From Candidatus Latescibacterota bacterium (GTDB taxonomy: Bacteria; Latescibacterota; UBA2968; GCA-2709665), in contig CBDDDZ010000005.1 of the NCBI GenBank assembly GCA_965226795.1, forward strand, positions 448,001 through 512,000: a stretch of 64,000 bases of DNA, given 5' to 3'. The stretch's first letter is position 1. Each line of letters begins with the position of its first letter. The notes below the pieces were generated by a model. That model had not been told where the DNA came from. It searched no databases and saw only the letters and a program-made list of their open reading frames with translations. A program made the position numbers and the translations under genes. Below, in pieces: positions 9,543 through 20,950 of the stretch.

Positions 9543-10670
9543 ATGCAACATCCCAGCCTGCTCTTCTGCCCCTACCTTCGTATGGACGATCTCGTCTCAT
9601 TTGCCGATTGGGAGTTGGGACCACTGCAGTCCTTCGAGGGCAGATGGGCTGACAATCATTTCAAGAACCAAGCCACAACCCTCCTGAGCAAGTTCGTCGG
9701 ACCACAAGACGACCGGATCGATAACCCCGCACTCCTCTGCAAGAAGGGGAAGCAGATCGATGGTCAAAGGCCGACGGATGAGGAAGTAAGGGCACTTAGA
9801 CTCTCTATCGCATTCGCCACCATCGACAGGAACCCAAGGAATCAGCGGGAAAATCAGCACGAATCGTGGGCGATTGTCACGGCGGACAACGCAGAGTTAC
9901 ATATATGGCCCATTGATTTGGAGAAGGGGGGAATTACACTGACAAGCGGGTACCTGGTGAAGGCGAATTCCGCGGGCCATAACATTAGTGATCCAAAATT
10001 AGTCCTGAGGCCACCTTTGGACCTCCACATCCCCACGGCATCTTCTTCCCCTGACGCTTTGATGCTGAGGGGCGTTTATTTGACAGTTCTTAAGTCGGTT
10101 CGCTCTCCAGGTACAGACCGGACTGCCGATAGTATTCGGGTCGCTGTTGAATGGTTCGCGAAGGCTTGGTCAAATGCTCCAAACGTTGAATGGCGAGAAA
10201 GGCTGGTGTACCTGAAGACAGCTTTTGAAGCAATAACCGGGACCAGCAATAGCTGGAAAAGTGCCCGCAAATTACGAAAGAATTTCGAGGCGTTGCCACA
10301 TGTATCAGAGTTGGATTCCAAGGTCCTGGTGTGGTCACCAGACGAGGAACCGATTCACTGCCGAACTTGGTCTGATATATGCGGTGAGTCCGGGAATATC
10401 CTCATCACGGACTTGCAGCATTAGTTCTTGGCGTTCGCCGACGTGCGGAACACGATCATCCACGACGGCGGATCCCCACAAATGAACTACTGTATGTCAA
10501 ATTCCGCCTACAACGGGCACTTCTTTTTCACTGCCGAGTACCTGCTTCGTGGCGTCATTAAGGTGCTGCTCTCGGTCGCGGGCTTCGAAGACGTCTGGAG
10601 AGACGAGCTGTCGCGGGATATTGCGTCGGCCATGAACGGTGGAGATTTCCGAGCGCAAGAAAACCATTAA
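9543..10670 (+). pseudogene. HEPN-domain (ApeA-like) protein interrupted by an in-frame TAG at 10422-10424
   Basis: Frame continues past TAG to FLAFADV-RNTIIH-DG (RxxxxH); upstream L.TAFEAI helix typical of HEPN; visibly lower GC than flanks. Confidence 0.7.
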
Positions 10671-10727
10671 TCGCTAGGCGGCGCAAGATTTTCTTCTGTC
10701 TGCATTCCGGGACAAGGACAATGTTCA

Positions 10728-10749
10728 GGGCAGACAGGAATGTCTGCCC
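10728..10749. repeat. REP-like palindrome
   Basis: GGGCAGACA-GGAA-TGTCTGCCC perfect stem. Confidence 0.5.
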
Positions 10750-10920
10750 CACCTTCACACCTGCTTCCTCAACAGAGGGTGTGCCACGTGCATGGAATTA
10801 ACGCCGGGACGCCCCGGCCGCGCCGTAAACCAGACATGCCCGGCCTCCTCTATCTTCCTGAACCCGCGCACTAAATTGTGAACGAAATCCCGTGGGCAAG
10901 TAAATAACCCACCTGTAATT

Positions 10921-10951
10921 AAGGCGCATGCCGGAAGGTATGCGCCTTTTT
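10921..10951. terminator. Intrinsic terminator-like hairpin
   Basis: AAGGCGCAT...ATGCGCCTTTTT. Confidence 0.65.
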
Positions 10952-10977
10952 GTTGGAAGCGATCGTGCGGGGTGGCG

Positions 10978-12106
10978 CTAAGCTGGCGACGACAGGCGAG
11001 ACGCGGCGGTCATTTCCCGCACGACAGACCGGGTATCGCCAGTTTTCTTCACGATATCCACCTGCCGCTGCGCCCAGGTCGGCCTGGACGCCAGATCCAG
11101 ATTCCGCTCCAGGTAGGGAACACAATCCAGGTCTTGGGCGGTTGGCTTCAGTTGATCGACCAGACGTCTTACGAGTTCACGCGCCGGCTGTAGCTGATAG
11201 GTGTCAGAGTCGACAAGCTGAGCGTCGAGGCCGTACCGTGCCGCGCGCCATTTGTTCTGGCGTATGAGCATCGGGTGGCAGTCGTGCTGGTAGATACCGT
11301 GGTCGATGCGGTCGGAGAGATATTTTATGAGGGACTGCATCAGCGCGACGAGGCCCAGTGTATCGTGGAAGTTGCCGGGAATATCGCAGATGCGGATCTC
11401 GACCGTGCCGAATTTGTTGTGGGGGCGAACGTCCCACCAGATTTCCCGTATGGTCTCGATGTAGCCGGTTTCCACGAGGTGATTCACCAGCCAGACATAT
11501 TCACTCCAGTTCCGCATCAGGGGCGGCAGACCGGCGGTGGGCAGGCCGTCCATGATCTTGGACCGCCAGGAGCAGACACCCGTGTTCCGGCCTTCCCGGA
11601 ATGGACTGTTGCAACTCAATGCCATCAGGAGCGGCATGTATCGCAGGATAAACTCGCAGATCATCACCGCTTTATCCCCGCTGTCCACGCCGACGTGCAC
11701 GTGCAGGCCGAACGTAACCAATTGGCGGGCCGTATCCTGCAGCAGGTCGACCAGGCCCGCGTAGCGTTTGTTGCGGGTGATTTCCTGGTCCCGCCAGGTG
11801 GAAAACGGATGGGTTGCCGACCAGTACAGCCGCACACCCTCCCGATCCGCAATGGCTTCCAGCGCGCACAGCTTCTCTTTGAGATCCGCCTCGACCTCCT
11901 GCAGCGTCATACCAACACCTGAATTGATTTCCACGTAACACTGCATCAGTTCCGGCTTGATCGTTCCCTCGAGGTGCGGCGGCACGCGGGCGAGCAGCCT
12001 CTCGCTCGGCGCTGCACAGGGCCATGGTTCTATTGTCCACCAGCGCCAGTTCGATTTCCACGCCGACCGTAGGTTTCCGGCTGGGGTTGAACACCATCTG
12101 GCTCAT
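10978..12106 (-). pseudogene. YbdK-family carboxylate-amine ligase (GCS2) with a frameshift near 12008
   Basis: N-terminus TVGVEIELALVD in one frame; KPELMQ..VEI, ATHPFS, FGLHVHVG, WWDVRPH..FGTVEIRICD, NKWRAARYG in another. Confidence 0.8.
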
Positions 12107-13350
12107 TGGGCGGCCTCACTGTCGTGTGTTTTCGGTTCCGACCAACGCACAACCGCGCGCGCCAGAATCTTTGCGCCGATAGCCAGCGCGCGTTCGTCGA
12201 TGTCGAAATCCGGCGAGTGCAGGCCTGGGCCAGCCGACGCGGGAGCCGAACATCCAAGACGAAAAAGACTGCCTGGAACGCGCTGGAGATAATGTGCGAA
12301 ATCGTCGCCGCCCATGCTGGGCTGTCCGATGTTCTGCACGCGGTCGGCCCCGAGCAGATCGACCGCGCACTGCCGGATCAGATCGGTCAGGCCCGGATCG
12401 TTCAGGACCGACGGCGGCCCCGATCTGAACGTGACTTCGATCTCCGTGCCGGACAATTGCGCCACGCCCCGTGCGATCTCGCTTACGCGATCCAGAGTAT
12501 GGCGCCGGGCGCCATCATCCAGGCTGCGTACGGTGCCCTTGAGCACCGCGCGATGGGGAATCGCATTGTGACGCTTTCCGGCTGCAATGGAGCCAATGGT
12601 GAGAACCACGGTATGTTGCGGACCGAGCGACCTCGGCACGGATACATACAGGGCGTTGATTAACTGGGCCGCTGCGGCAATGGGGTCCCGGGATTCGTAG
12701 GGACGGGCTGCATGACCGCCGCTGCCCCGGACGAGTACGTGCATCTCATCGCAATGCGCGGTCAGGACGCCCGAACGCTCCCCGATGTATCCGGCCGGAC
12801 GCGAGGGATCCACATGTAGCGCCAACATCCCGCCAACACCATTCAAGGCGCCGGCTTCGATCATTTCCAGGGCGGCCCTGGTTGGTCTCTTCGGCCGGCT
12901 GAAAAATGGCCCGCCAGGAAACGGGCCAGGGCAGAACCCCCGATTTTACGGCTGAAGCCAGTGCCAGGGAAGCTCCTAGCACCGTGGCCGTGTGGGCGTC
13001 GTGGCCGCACGCGTGCATCACCCCGCGCACGTTGCTCCGGTAATCTCTACGGATTTGGCGTCCTGGATGGGTAGCGCGTCCAGGTCGGCCCTAATGGCGA
13101 TTTTGGGCCCGGACCCGTTCCCGGCCGATTCGGCGATCAACCCGCGCCCGGTGGGGCCGGTACGGACACGGAAGCCGTCGGACTGCAACTGTTCCTGTAC
13201 ATACCTCGTGGTCTCCGTTTCCTCGCCGCTCACCTCGGGATGGGCGTGGAGATGCCGCCTGGTCTGCACCATGCGGTTCTGGTACGAATCAACGGTCCTG
13301 TCGAGTTGCCGGATCCACGGATCCAGATCTGATTTCGTCGTCGTGCTCAT
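12103..13350 (-). pseudogene. M20D amidohydrolase split by two frameshifts (near 13050 and 12875)
   Basis: RRHLHAHPE, RADLDALP / MHACGHDAH, FQPAEE / GGHAARP, MGGDDF, LHSPDF lie in three consecutive frames. Confidence 0.82.
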
Positions 13351-13437
13351 ATGGAAAATAGGCCCGGTATGCCGGTTTGAACGGACGTTGCGTCTGGTCT
13401 GCGATGTGCTGCCCCGGATTCATGTCCCGCGTCAGAG

Positions 13438-15907
13438 CTACGTGGTCCGTGCCGGTTGGCCGAAAAACTTGGCGAAGAGGATGAAGTCGGCGAAGTCGAC
13501 GGAGCCGCTGCTATTCAGGTCGAATCGGCGGTCGCTGCCGCCGAAGGCTCCGGCAAAGAGTACGAAGTCGCCGAACCCGACTTCGCCGTCGGCGTCGAAA
13601 TCGGGCGGGGCGATGGCGGTGGCGATGAACAGCACGGCGTCGAGTCCCTGTACTTCAGCCAAAACCGTGTTTAGTCCGGGCACGGCCCCCAGATATAGGG
13701 TGGCCGCGGCCCTGACCAAAGAATCGGTCGCAGCAGTCGCAGTGGTGAGGGTCCCACTGCTCCGGGCGACGGTGAAGGTGACCTGTGCGCCTTCCAGAAC
13801 GTTGCCATTCTGGTCCCTTACTTCAACGACAAAAGGGCCGGTAAGGAGCGTTCCCGGTTTATCACGCTGTCCGTCACCCGAGACGATGGCCAATGCGTAG
13901 GGACGAGGCCGTAGCCACTCGGAGGCATCCCACAACTCGAGTCGTCTACGGGTTCCGGAGGCAAGCATTTTGCCATTGGGCGAGAACGCAACGACCCGGA
14001 CTATTCCTCGGTGCGCGAGGGCGTCAATCTGGGTCCGTGTTGGCACGTGCCACAGTTTGACCACCTCTCCCGAGGCGCAGGCGAGGACCGTGCCGTCGGG
14101 TGAGAATGCCATGGAACTGCCACCTCGTATATTTTCGCGTGTGGCAACGTGACGCTGTGTCCTCACATCCCAAAACTTGACCAGTCCATCCCACCCTGCC
14201 TTGGTGGCGAGAGAGGCGCCGTCTTGTGGTGAGAACGCCACGGCACCGACCCAACCCCGATGGCCCTTCCAAGCCGCAAGGTGCTTCCCGGTCGCCGGGT
14301 CCCAGATGTGGATTACGCCATCATTCAAGCCGGAGGCCAGCCGTTCCCTATCGGGTGAGAACGCCATGGTCGTTACATCTGAATCATGGTCAAGATCGGC
14401 GTAATTTGCCCTCGTTTCCAGGTTCCACAGCTTCACCGTGCTGTTCCCGGACAGAGCCGCCAGCGTGGCGCCATCAGGTGGCGAAAAGGCCACGGAGCTG
14501 AATCTGGAATCCCCAGGTTGTCCCACAAGCTCGGCGTAATCTGTTCGTGATGCCAGGTCCCAAAGCGTGACCGTGCCATTGTGCTCGGAGGCAAGGGTGG
14601 CCCCATCCGGCGAGATCGCCACCGCCCAGGCAGGCGATTCAGGTTCAAAGCTCGCGATGATCTGCCGGGTCCGCAGGTCCCAAAACTTGACGAGGGAATA
14701 ACCCGCCGCCAGTGCGGTCGAGGAGGGTGAAAACGCCAGGGAGGTGACTACACCAGGTTTGTCAAGGGTGTCGATGTGGCGGTCAGAAATCTGATACAGT
14801 GAGAATCCAAGGGCGCTAAACCTGCCGGATGTATCGAAGGCCCAGGAGCGCACTCGATGCACGATAGGATTGGCAAGACTCGTGAGTCCATTGGACGGAA
14901 TAAGGCCGTCGTAGTCGAATTCGACAACCGCAGAGCGCTCACCCGAAAAAGAGCGACACGTCTTAACTTCAGCGTGGCCGGCCTCGAAGTGCGGTAGTTG
15001 TGTCGTTACTACAAATAGCACCTGATGAAGTCCTGCCGAGTTTACGATTCTGACTCGGACAGGGATGCTCTGTGAACCGGGTGCATAGCCGGGAGGCGAG
15101 ACGAGGTGGATGGTCGATGAAGATTCGTCCGGACCTATTCCGATGTCAGCGTTGAAATAGGGATGGACGGCCAGGAAGCCGGCGGCGCAGGCAGATAGCT
15201 GGCCCTGGTTTCCTGCACGGTAGGACATTATGTATTTTTCGTCTCTGAAGTCGTTATTCAAGTCGAACGCATGTCCGAGTTCATGGGCCACCGTTCTCCA
15301 GGAAAAGGGACTCGGAACCAGCACCGTGGAGAAAAATAGATCACCTTCTCGCGACTTTTTAGTTACTGCACCCGCTTCGCTTCTACCAAGGTAACGTGCT
15401 GCTTTGACGTTAAGGTCAAGGACGATGAGTTCGATCGGAGATCTACCTACGACGTGCCAGCTCTCCCTTTGTGGGCCACTCGACTCGATATAGTGTGCAT
15501 CTGCGTGTTCCCCATCCACACGGTGAATAAGTGGCTCACCCTGGGGATCTGTCTCGAAGCGAAAGGTTCACCTTCCATGGCCGTGTCTCTGCATTTCTTC
15601 CGCGAAGAAGGCCTGAATCTGGAGTATTGCAACCACCATCGAATCGACAACTTCCTGGCGAAAATGCCGGTCCTTGGGCCGGAAGTAGATCATCCGAACG
15701 GTGCGAGGATCCTCCGCCGTCTGAGCCGTCGGCTTTACGGCGGCGAAGGTGAGGTCTGTGTCTTGCCGGGAATGGACGACCCGGCAGCAGTTCGTATCCT
15801 CCGACTCCAGAGACCAGAGTGGACGCATATCCCGCCGGTATCGAAGCAAGGGACAGGCCGGCCACCGCAAGCGAGCATAACCTGCGGACCAGCGTCTGAT
15901 CGTTCAT
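13438..15907 (-). pseudogene. Secreted zinc metallopeptidase-like / WD40 / Ig-like / dockerin-EF-hand-like protein; frameshift after the signal peptide and in-frame TGA at 15568-15570
   Basis: Signal peptide from 15907; VRMIYF..FFAEEMQRHGHGR*TFRFETD; HELGHAF; about 7 WD40 repeats (xAFSPDG..LAS..VKLW); IVSGDGQ..PFVVEVRDQ; DFDADGEVGFGDF and DLNSSGSVDFADF. Confidence 0.75.
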
Positions 15908-15967
15908 CTCTTAGCTCGCGATCGCAACCGCTGGTTGCGAACCCTTCCGTTTCGGGGCCTCATTTGA

Positions 15968-16045
15968 CCCTTCGCCGACCCTTCGACAGGCTCAGGGAGC
16001 GGCTCAGGGTTCGGGGCTCAATAATGTTCGTTGAGCTTGTCGAAC
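15968..16045. repeat. REP-like palindromic repeat (CCCTTCGACAGGCTCAGGG family)
   Basis: CCCTTCGCCGACCCTTCGACAGGCTCAGGG...TGAGCTTGTCGAA; inverted near-identical copy at 59141-59185. Confidence 0.75.
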
Positions 16046-16166
16046 GGCCTGCGAAGAGAAACCTGTATGGAGCGTCGGTGGGTCAACGAGCAAGCCGCAG
16101 GATCGTCTCTGCCGCCGTCGAGGATGACCATGGCGCGTCAGTCCGGCCCCCTCGTCTCGCGGGACT

Positions 16167-18107
16167 TCAGGCCGCGATCTCCCTGGCGATGGCGATACAC
16201 TTGGCGGCAAAGGTGTCGTAGGCGGCTCGGAACTCGGCGCTGGTTTTCTGCACGGATCCGAAGTCCGGCCAGTCGCCGGGTTCCATGCCCCGGGTCTGCC
16301 AGCCGGCCACGTCGATGCCGACGACGTTCTGCAGGAAGTCTTTAAGAGACGGCGTCAGGTCGTATCCGCGGCAGAAATCAGGAAGTTCGCGCAGGCGCTG
16401 GTCCACGCCGGGTTCGTAGGTATCCAGCACGGCGTCCCTGAAGTCTTCGAGGTTAAAGCCGTCCGCTTCGGAGGCCGTCTGGACGGCCCGTGCGTGGTTC
16501 GGAAACTCGGTGTTGCACATGTTGGACGCGCCCAGCGTGTGGAAGGTGTCTTCGGGAATGCGTTTGGAGGCCGGAAGTACATCCATGGAATCCAGGATCC
16601 ATCGCGCCTGGGCGTCCGTAACGCCGTAGGTTGCCCGAAGATGAGCGACCCACTTGGGCCGGTTCCCGGGGCTGAAGAAAACCCAGTAAACGCGGCGGGC
16701 GACCAGGGTGCCCGCTTTTTTAAGGTCTTCTTCCAGAAGCTGGATGGCGTCCGCCGATTGCCCGGCGGCTTCGGCAGCCTCCAGGACGATGGGGTGGTCC
16801 AGGGTTTTGAGGTACTTATAGTTGCAGACGTCCCGCGCTTTATCGGTAAAGGATCCGCTGGCCGCGTCCCGGGCGTCCAGATCGGCGGCCAGTGCGTCAA
16901 GGAGTTCACTCGCTTTGCCTTCTCCGGCTCTTTCCGCCGCGGAGAGAAAGATCTTCTCGGCTTCAACCTCCCGCAGGTGGCTTACAAACCGGCCGCCCAT
17001 GTTGGTTTCGTAGGTGCGTACAACCTGCCCGCCCGCCTTCGCCGCGTGCGCCTTGCCCTCGAACGCGTCCAGTATGAGCTGAACTTCCTGGGCCACGGTG
17101 TAGACCACGGTGTTGTTGGAGCCAATGGCATTGCTGTTGAGAGTCGTTGTGATTTTTCGGGCGGCCTCGTGGCTGGCGGCGACTTTGAAGACGATGTTCG
17201 GGTTGACCCGGCCGGAACGATCGCCCAGGCCCAGCAGGCGGTCGTATCCTTCAAGGTAGTCGGCGGCCAACCTGTATGCATTTCGCGCATCCTCGATGCT
17301 GGCTTCGGCCTGGTCGGCGATGTTGGGATTGAGCTGGAAACTGACCATATAGTCTTTGAGGTCCGTATGTACCGCGAGCGGCCGGAAAATGGAAAGATTG
17401 GGCCAGAGGGCGATGAGCGTGGCCGCCATGGCGATCTCGTCGGCGTGGGCCTCGGGGTCTTGCTTCCAGCTATCGTGTTTGTCGACTTCGCCTTTGAGTT
17501 GCTCGGCCAGTGTGCCGTCTTCGTCAAAGGCCTTGGCCGCCAGTACGGGGTTGGTGGACACCTGGCAGAACCCGTAGTGGCGAAGGTATTCCAGGCCACG
17601 CGCGAAGTCGTTGCCGAATTTACAGTAATCTTCTCCGATCATTTTCCAGTAGACGCCGCTGCGCATCTGCCGTTTGAGCAGTGTCAGAAAAGAACGGCCC
17701 GGCCTTGCCTGGTTCAGGTCCGATTCGATGCGTTCGGCAAGAAGGCCGGAGAGGCTGTCGCTCAGGTTGACTGACTTCATGTCGGCCAGGAAATCAGCCA
17801 CGACGCCTGCCATTACGGCCCCCTCGAGATCATCGATCGCAGCCAGGACCTGCTCGAGTGCGGAGTCGGCTTCGTCCGCGCTGTATCCGACGATTTCGGC
17901 GTCTCTCCCCACGAAGTTCATGCCGAGCCGGATCAGGGTGCTGCAAACCGCGGCGGCGGGGCAATCGTTATTCTGGATAGCGGACAGGAGTTCGTCTGCG
18001 CGGGCGGTCAGCGTGCCGGGCTGCGGGTCGATAAGTATCTGGTCCGCCGCGGCGAGCGTCTGCCCGTTTCCGATCGCTTCCACTGCTGCGGAGATGTCGA
18101 TTGCCAT
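16167..18107 (-). CDS. Large transaldolase-family protein (646 aa)
   Basis: GND, VSTNPVLA, VSFQLNP, NIVFKV (Schiff-base Lys), N.TVVYTVAQ, MGGRF. Confidence 0.7.
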   Translation of the reverse strand: MAIDISAAVEAIGNGQTLAAADQILIDPQPGTLTARADELLSAIQNNDCPAAAVCSTLIRLGMNFVGRDAEIVGYSADEADSALEQVLAAIDDLEGAVMAGVVADFLADMKSVNLSDSLSGLLAERIESDLNQARPGRSFLTLLKRQMRSGVYWKMIGEDYCKFGNDFARGLEYLRHYGFCQVSTNPVLAAKAFDEDGTLAEQLKGEVDKHDSWKQDPEAHADEIAMAATLIALWPNLSIFRPLAVHTDLKDYMVSFQLNPNIADQAEASIEDARNAYRLAADYLEGYDRLLGLGDRSGRVNPNIVFKVAASHEAARKITTTLNSNAIGSNNTVVYTVAQEVQLILDAFEGKAHAAKAGGQVVRTYETNMGGRFVSHLREVEAEKIFLSAAERAGEGKASELLDALAADLDARDAASGSFTDKARDVCNYKYLKTLDHPIVLEAAEAAGQSADAIQLLEEDLKKAGTLVARRVYWVFFSPGNRPKWVAHLRATYGVTDAQARWILDSMDVLPASKRIPEDTFHTLGASNMCNTEFPNHARAVQTASEADGFNLEDFRDAVLDTYEPGVDQRLRELPDFCRGYDLTPSLKDFLQNVVGIDVAGWQTRGMEPGDWPDFGSVQKTSAEFRAAYDTFAAKCIAIAREIAA

Positions 18108-18201
18108 TCTGGGGCCTCCCTTTGCATCGCACTAGACGTGAAACGGCGCTGTATACTACCGCCGCCGGGCGGTCTGTTGTCCGCCGTATGCCGGATAAAC
18201 A

Positions 18202-19008
18202 TCATTCAATGCCAAGGACGTCCCGCATGGTGAACAGTCCGGGGGGCGCGTTTACTACGTAGCGGATGGCCTGAAGGACTCCCACGCCGTAGGAATCCCG
18301 GCTCTGTGCACGGTGGACAAGCTGGAAGATTTCGCCCGTACCGCCAAAGATGACCGTATGTTCTCCCGCCAGATCTCCCGCGCGGATGGCGTGGATGCCG
18401 ATTTCATCCCTGGTGCGGGCACCCGCTTCTCCGTGTCGGCCAAAAAGAGCTACGTCCTCCAGTCTTCGACCCAGGCCCGTTGCCGCGGCCTTCGCCAGCG
18501 CCAGCGCTGTGCCGCTGGGCGCGTCGGTCTTGAAATGGTGGTGTGCCTCGACGATTTCAACGTCGTAACCGTTACCCATCATGCGCGCGGCGTCTTCGAC
18601 CAGTTTGGTGAGTACGGTTACGCCAATGCTGAAGCTGGGCGCAAAGACGCAGGCGACGTCCTTAAGGGCCTTTTGAAATTCGGCAAGCTGGCGGGCCGAC
18701 ATGCCCGTGGTGCCGACCACCATCGGCCTGCCCGCTTCGCCGGCGATTCGCGCGGCCTGAAGCGTACCGTCCGGGGGCGCGGTGAAGGCGACGACCACGT
18801 CGGCGTTATCAATGACGGATTCCAGGTTGTCGACAACATGAAGATCGGTGCGCGTGGCCCCCACAATCTCGCCAATATCCCGCCCGATGGCCGGATTGCC
18901 AGGCGCTTCCACGCCGCCGGCGATTTTCAGATCGTCGGTTTCCATAGCCAGGTTGACGATGCGGCCGCACATCTTGCCCGCGATGCCGCAGATAACAAGG
19001 TTTGTCAT
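18202..19008 (-). CDS. dapB: 4-hydroxy-tetrahydrodipicolinate reductase
   Basis: GIAGKM, VGTTG, FSIGV, IVEAHHHFKTDAPSGTA, IRAGDLAGEH. Confidence 0.95.
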   Translation of the reverse strand: MTNLVICGIAGKMCGRIVNLAMETDDLKIAGGVEAPGNPAIGRDIGEIVGATRTDLHVVDNLESVIDNADVVVAFTAPPDGTLQAARIAGEAGRPMVVGTTGMSARQLAEFQKALKDVACVFAPSFSIGVTVLTKLVEDAARMMGNGYDVEIVEAHHHFKTDAPSGTALALAKAAATGLGRRLEDVALFGRHGEAGARTRDEIGIHAIRAGDLAGEHTVIFGGTGEIFQLVHRAQSRDSYGVGVLQAIRYVVNAPPGLFTMRDVLGIE

Positions 19009-19132
19009 TGTGATTCTCCGGGGACTGACACCACTGCCGGGAGAGAAGGCGTATCGGTCGAGAATTACCGGTACCCCGGCCGGGTCAGGCCAATTCACCT
19101 CGTTTAACGCCGTGCCCGCGATTCTTCGACAC

Positions 19133-20926
19133 CTAGGCGCCGAGCCGTTCCTCGAGGGCGTTGAGTTCGGTTACCAATTCCCCCGGCAGGCGTTCTCCAA
19201 AGCCGGCGTAGAACTCGCGGATATCGTGCAGTTCGGCGCGCCAGTCTTCCACGTTCACTGAAAGCAGTTCCTCAACGTCACCGTCCGGGATGTCCAGGCC
19301 GATGAGGTCCAGGGCTTCCGGCGTGGGTACGTAGCCAATCGGGGTTTCAACAGCGTCGGCTGTACCGGCTATACGTTCGCAGATCCATTTGAGCACACGG
19401 CTGTTCTCGCCGAAGCCCGGCCAGAGCCAGTTGCCGTTTGCGTCTTTACGGAACCAGTTGACGTAGAAGATTCTGGGGGCGTTGTCGCCCAGCCGGACGC
19501 CCATTTCGAACCAGTGTCTGAAATAGTCGCCCATATGATAGCCGCAGAAGGGCAGCATCGCAAAGGGGTCTCGTCGCAGTTTGCCCACGGCGCCGGCCGC
19601 CGCGGCGGTGGTTTCGGAGGCCATGATGGAACCCAGGAAGACGCCGTGTTGCCAGTTCAGCGCTTCGAAGGCCAGAGGAACGACTGATGAGCGACGGCCG
19701 CCAAAAATGAAAGCGGACATGGGGACGCCATCCGGATTTTCCCACTCGGGGTCGATTACGGGGCACTGCACGGCCGGAGCTGTGTAACGGGCATTGGGAT
19801 TGGAGGCTTTGTCTTCCGACCCTGGCGTCCAGGAGCGCCCGAGCCAATCCTCCAGTCGGGGCGGCGGATCGTCCGTCATTTCTTCCCACCAGACGTCGCC
19901 CTCGGGGGTGAGTGCCGTGTTGGTGAAGATGCTGTTTTTCTCCAGGGCGGCCATGGCGTGACCATTGGATTTCAGGCTGGTGCCTGGCGCGACGCCGAAG
20001 AATCCGGCTTCGGGGTTGATCGCCCGGAGCCTGCCGTCGGGCCCATGGCGCATCCAGGCAATATCGTCGCCAACGCAACGGGCGTCCCATCCCGGGATCG
20101 TAGGCTGCAACATGGCCAGATTCGTCTTACCGCACGCGGACGGAAAGGCGGCGCCGATGTAATGTTTTCTTTTTTCCGGTGAGGTGAGGCCCAGGATGAG
20201 CATGTGCTCGGCCATCCAGCCTTCGTCACGCGCCATGGACGACGCGATGCGGAGGGCGAAACATTTCTTGCCAAGGAGGGCGTTACCGCCGTACCCCGAG
20301 CCGTAGGACCAGATGGAGGGCTCTTCGGGAAAGTGTACGATATATTTTCGATCCGCGTCACACGGCCAGGAGACGTCTTTCTGTCCGGGCTCGAGTGGGG
20401 CGCCCACCGAATGCATGCAGGGCAGGAAGTCTCCGTCACCCAGGGCGTCCAGCACGCGGTCGCCCGTTCGGGCCATGATGTGCATGCTGCAGACCACGTA
20501 AGGCGAGTCTGTAATTTCGACGCCGATCTTGGACGTAGGCGAACCGATGGGGCCCATGGAGAACGGGATTACGTACATGGTCCGTCCGCGCATCGAACCG
20601 GCGAACAGGTCCTTGATGTTGCGTTTCATTTCTATGGGTTCGCGCCAGTTGTTGGTAGGTCCAACGTCGTCTTCGTCCGTTGTACATATAAAAGTGCGGT
20701 CTTCCACGCGGGCGACGTCGCCCGCATCCGACCGGGCAAGAAAGCTGTTGGGGCGCCGGTCCGGATCCAGCCGGGTGAAAGTTCCCGCCCGGCATAGCAG
20801 ATCGGCAAGCTGATCGTACTCTTCCCGGGAACCGTTGCACCAGTAAATGTCTTCCGGTTGGCAGAGGTTCGCGGCTTCATCTACCCAGTTCAACAGTTTA
20901 CGGTTCTTGGTTCTTGTCGTTCCCAT
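19133..20926 (-). CDS. pckG: Phosphoenolpyruvate carboxykinase (GTP)
   Basis: [71 protein letters not shown]. Confidence 0.97.
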   Translation of the reverse strand: MGTTRTKNRKLLNWVDEAANLCQPEDIYWCNGSREEYDQLADLLCRAGTFTRLDPDRRPNSFLARSDAGDVARVEDRTFICTTDEDDVGPTNNWREPIEMKRNIKDLFAGSMRGRTMYVIPFSMGPIGSPTSKIGVEITDSPYVVCSMHIMARTGDRVLDALGDGDFLPCMHSVGAPLEPGQKDVSWPCDADRKYIVHFPEEPSIWSYGSGYGGNALLGKKCFALRIASSMARDEGWMAEHMLILGLTSPEKRKHYIGAAFPSACGKTNLAMLQPTIPGWDARCVGDDIAWMRHGPDGRLRAINPEAGFFGVAPGTSLKSNGHAMAALEKNSIFTNTALTPEGDVWWEEMTDDPPPRLEDWLGRSWTPGSEDKASNPNARYTAPAVQCPVIDPEWENPDGVPMSAFIFGGRRSSVVPLAFEALNWQHGVFLGSIMASETTAAAAGAVGKLRRDPFAMLPFCGYHMGDYFRHWFEMGVRLGDNAPRIFYVNWFRKDANGNWLWPGFGENSRVLKWICERIAGTADAVETPIGYVPTPEALDLIGLDIPDGDVEELLSVNVEDWRAELHDIREFYAGFGERLPGELVTELNALEERLGA

Positions 20927-20950
20927 TCGACTCCTTCCAGGATTCACGGA

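Noticed and set aside
15568..15570. In-frame TGA as selenocysteine
   Set aside because: The context (GHGR*TFRFE) is not a redox or Cys site, no convincing SECIS hairpin follows, and the gene also has a frameshift.
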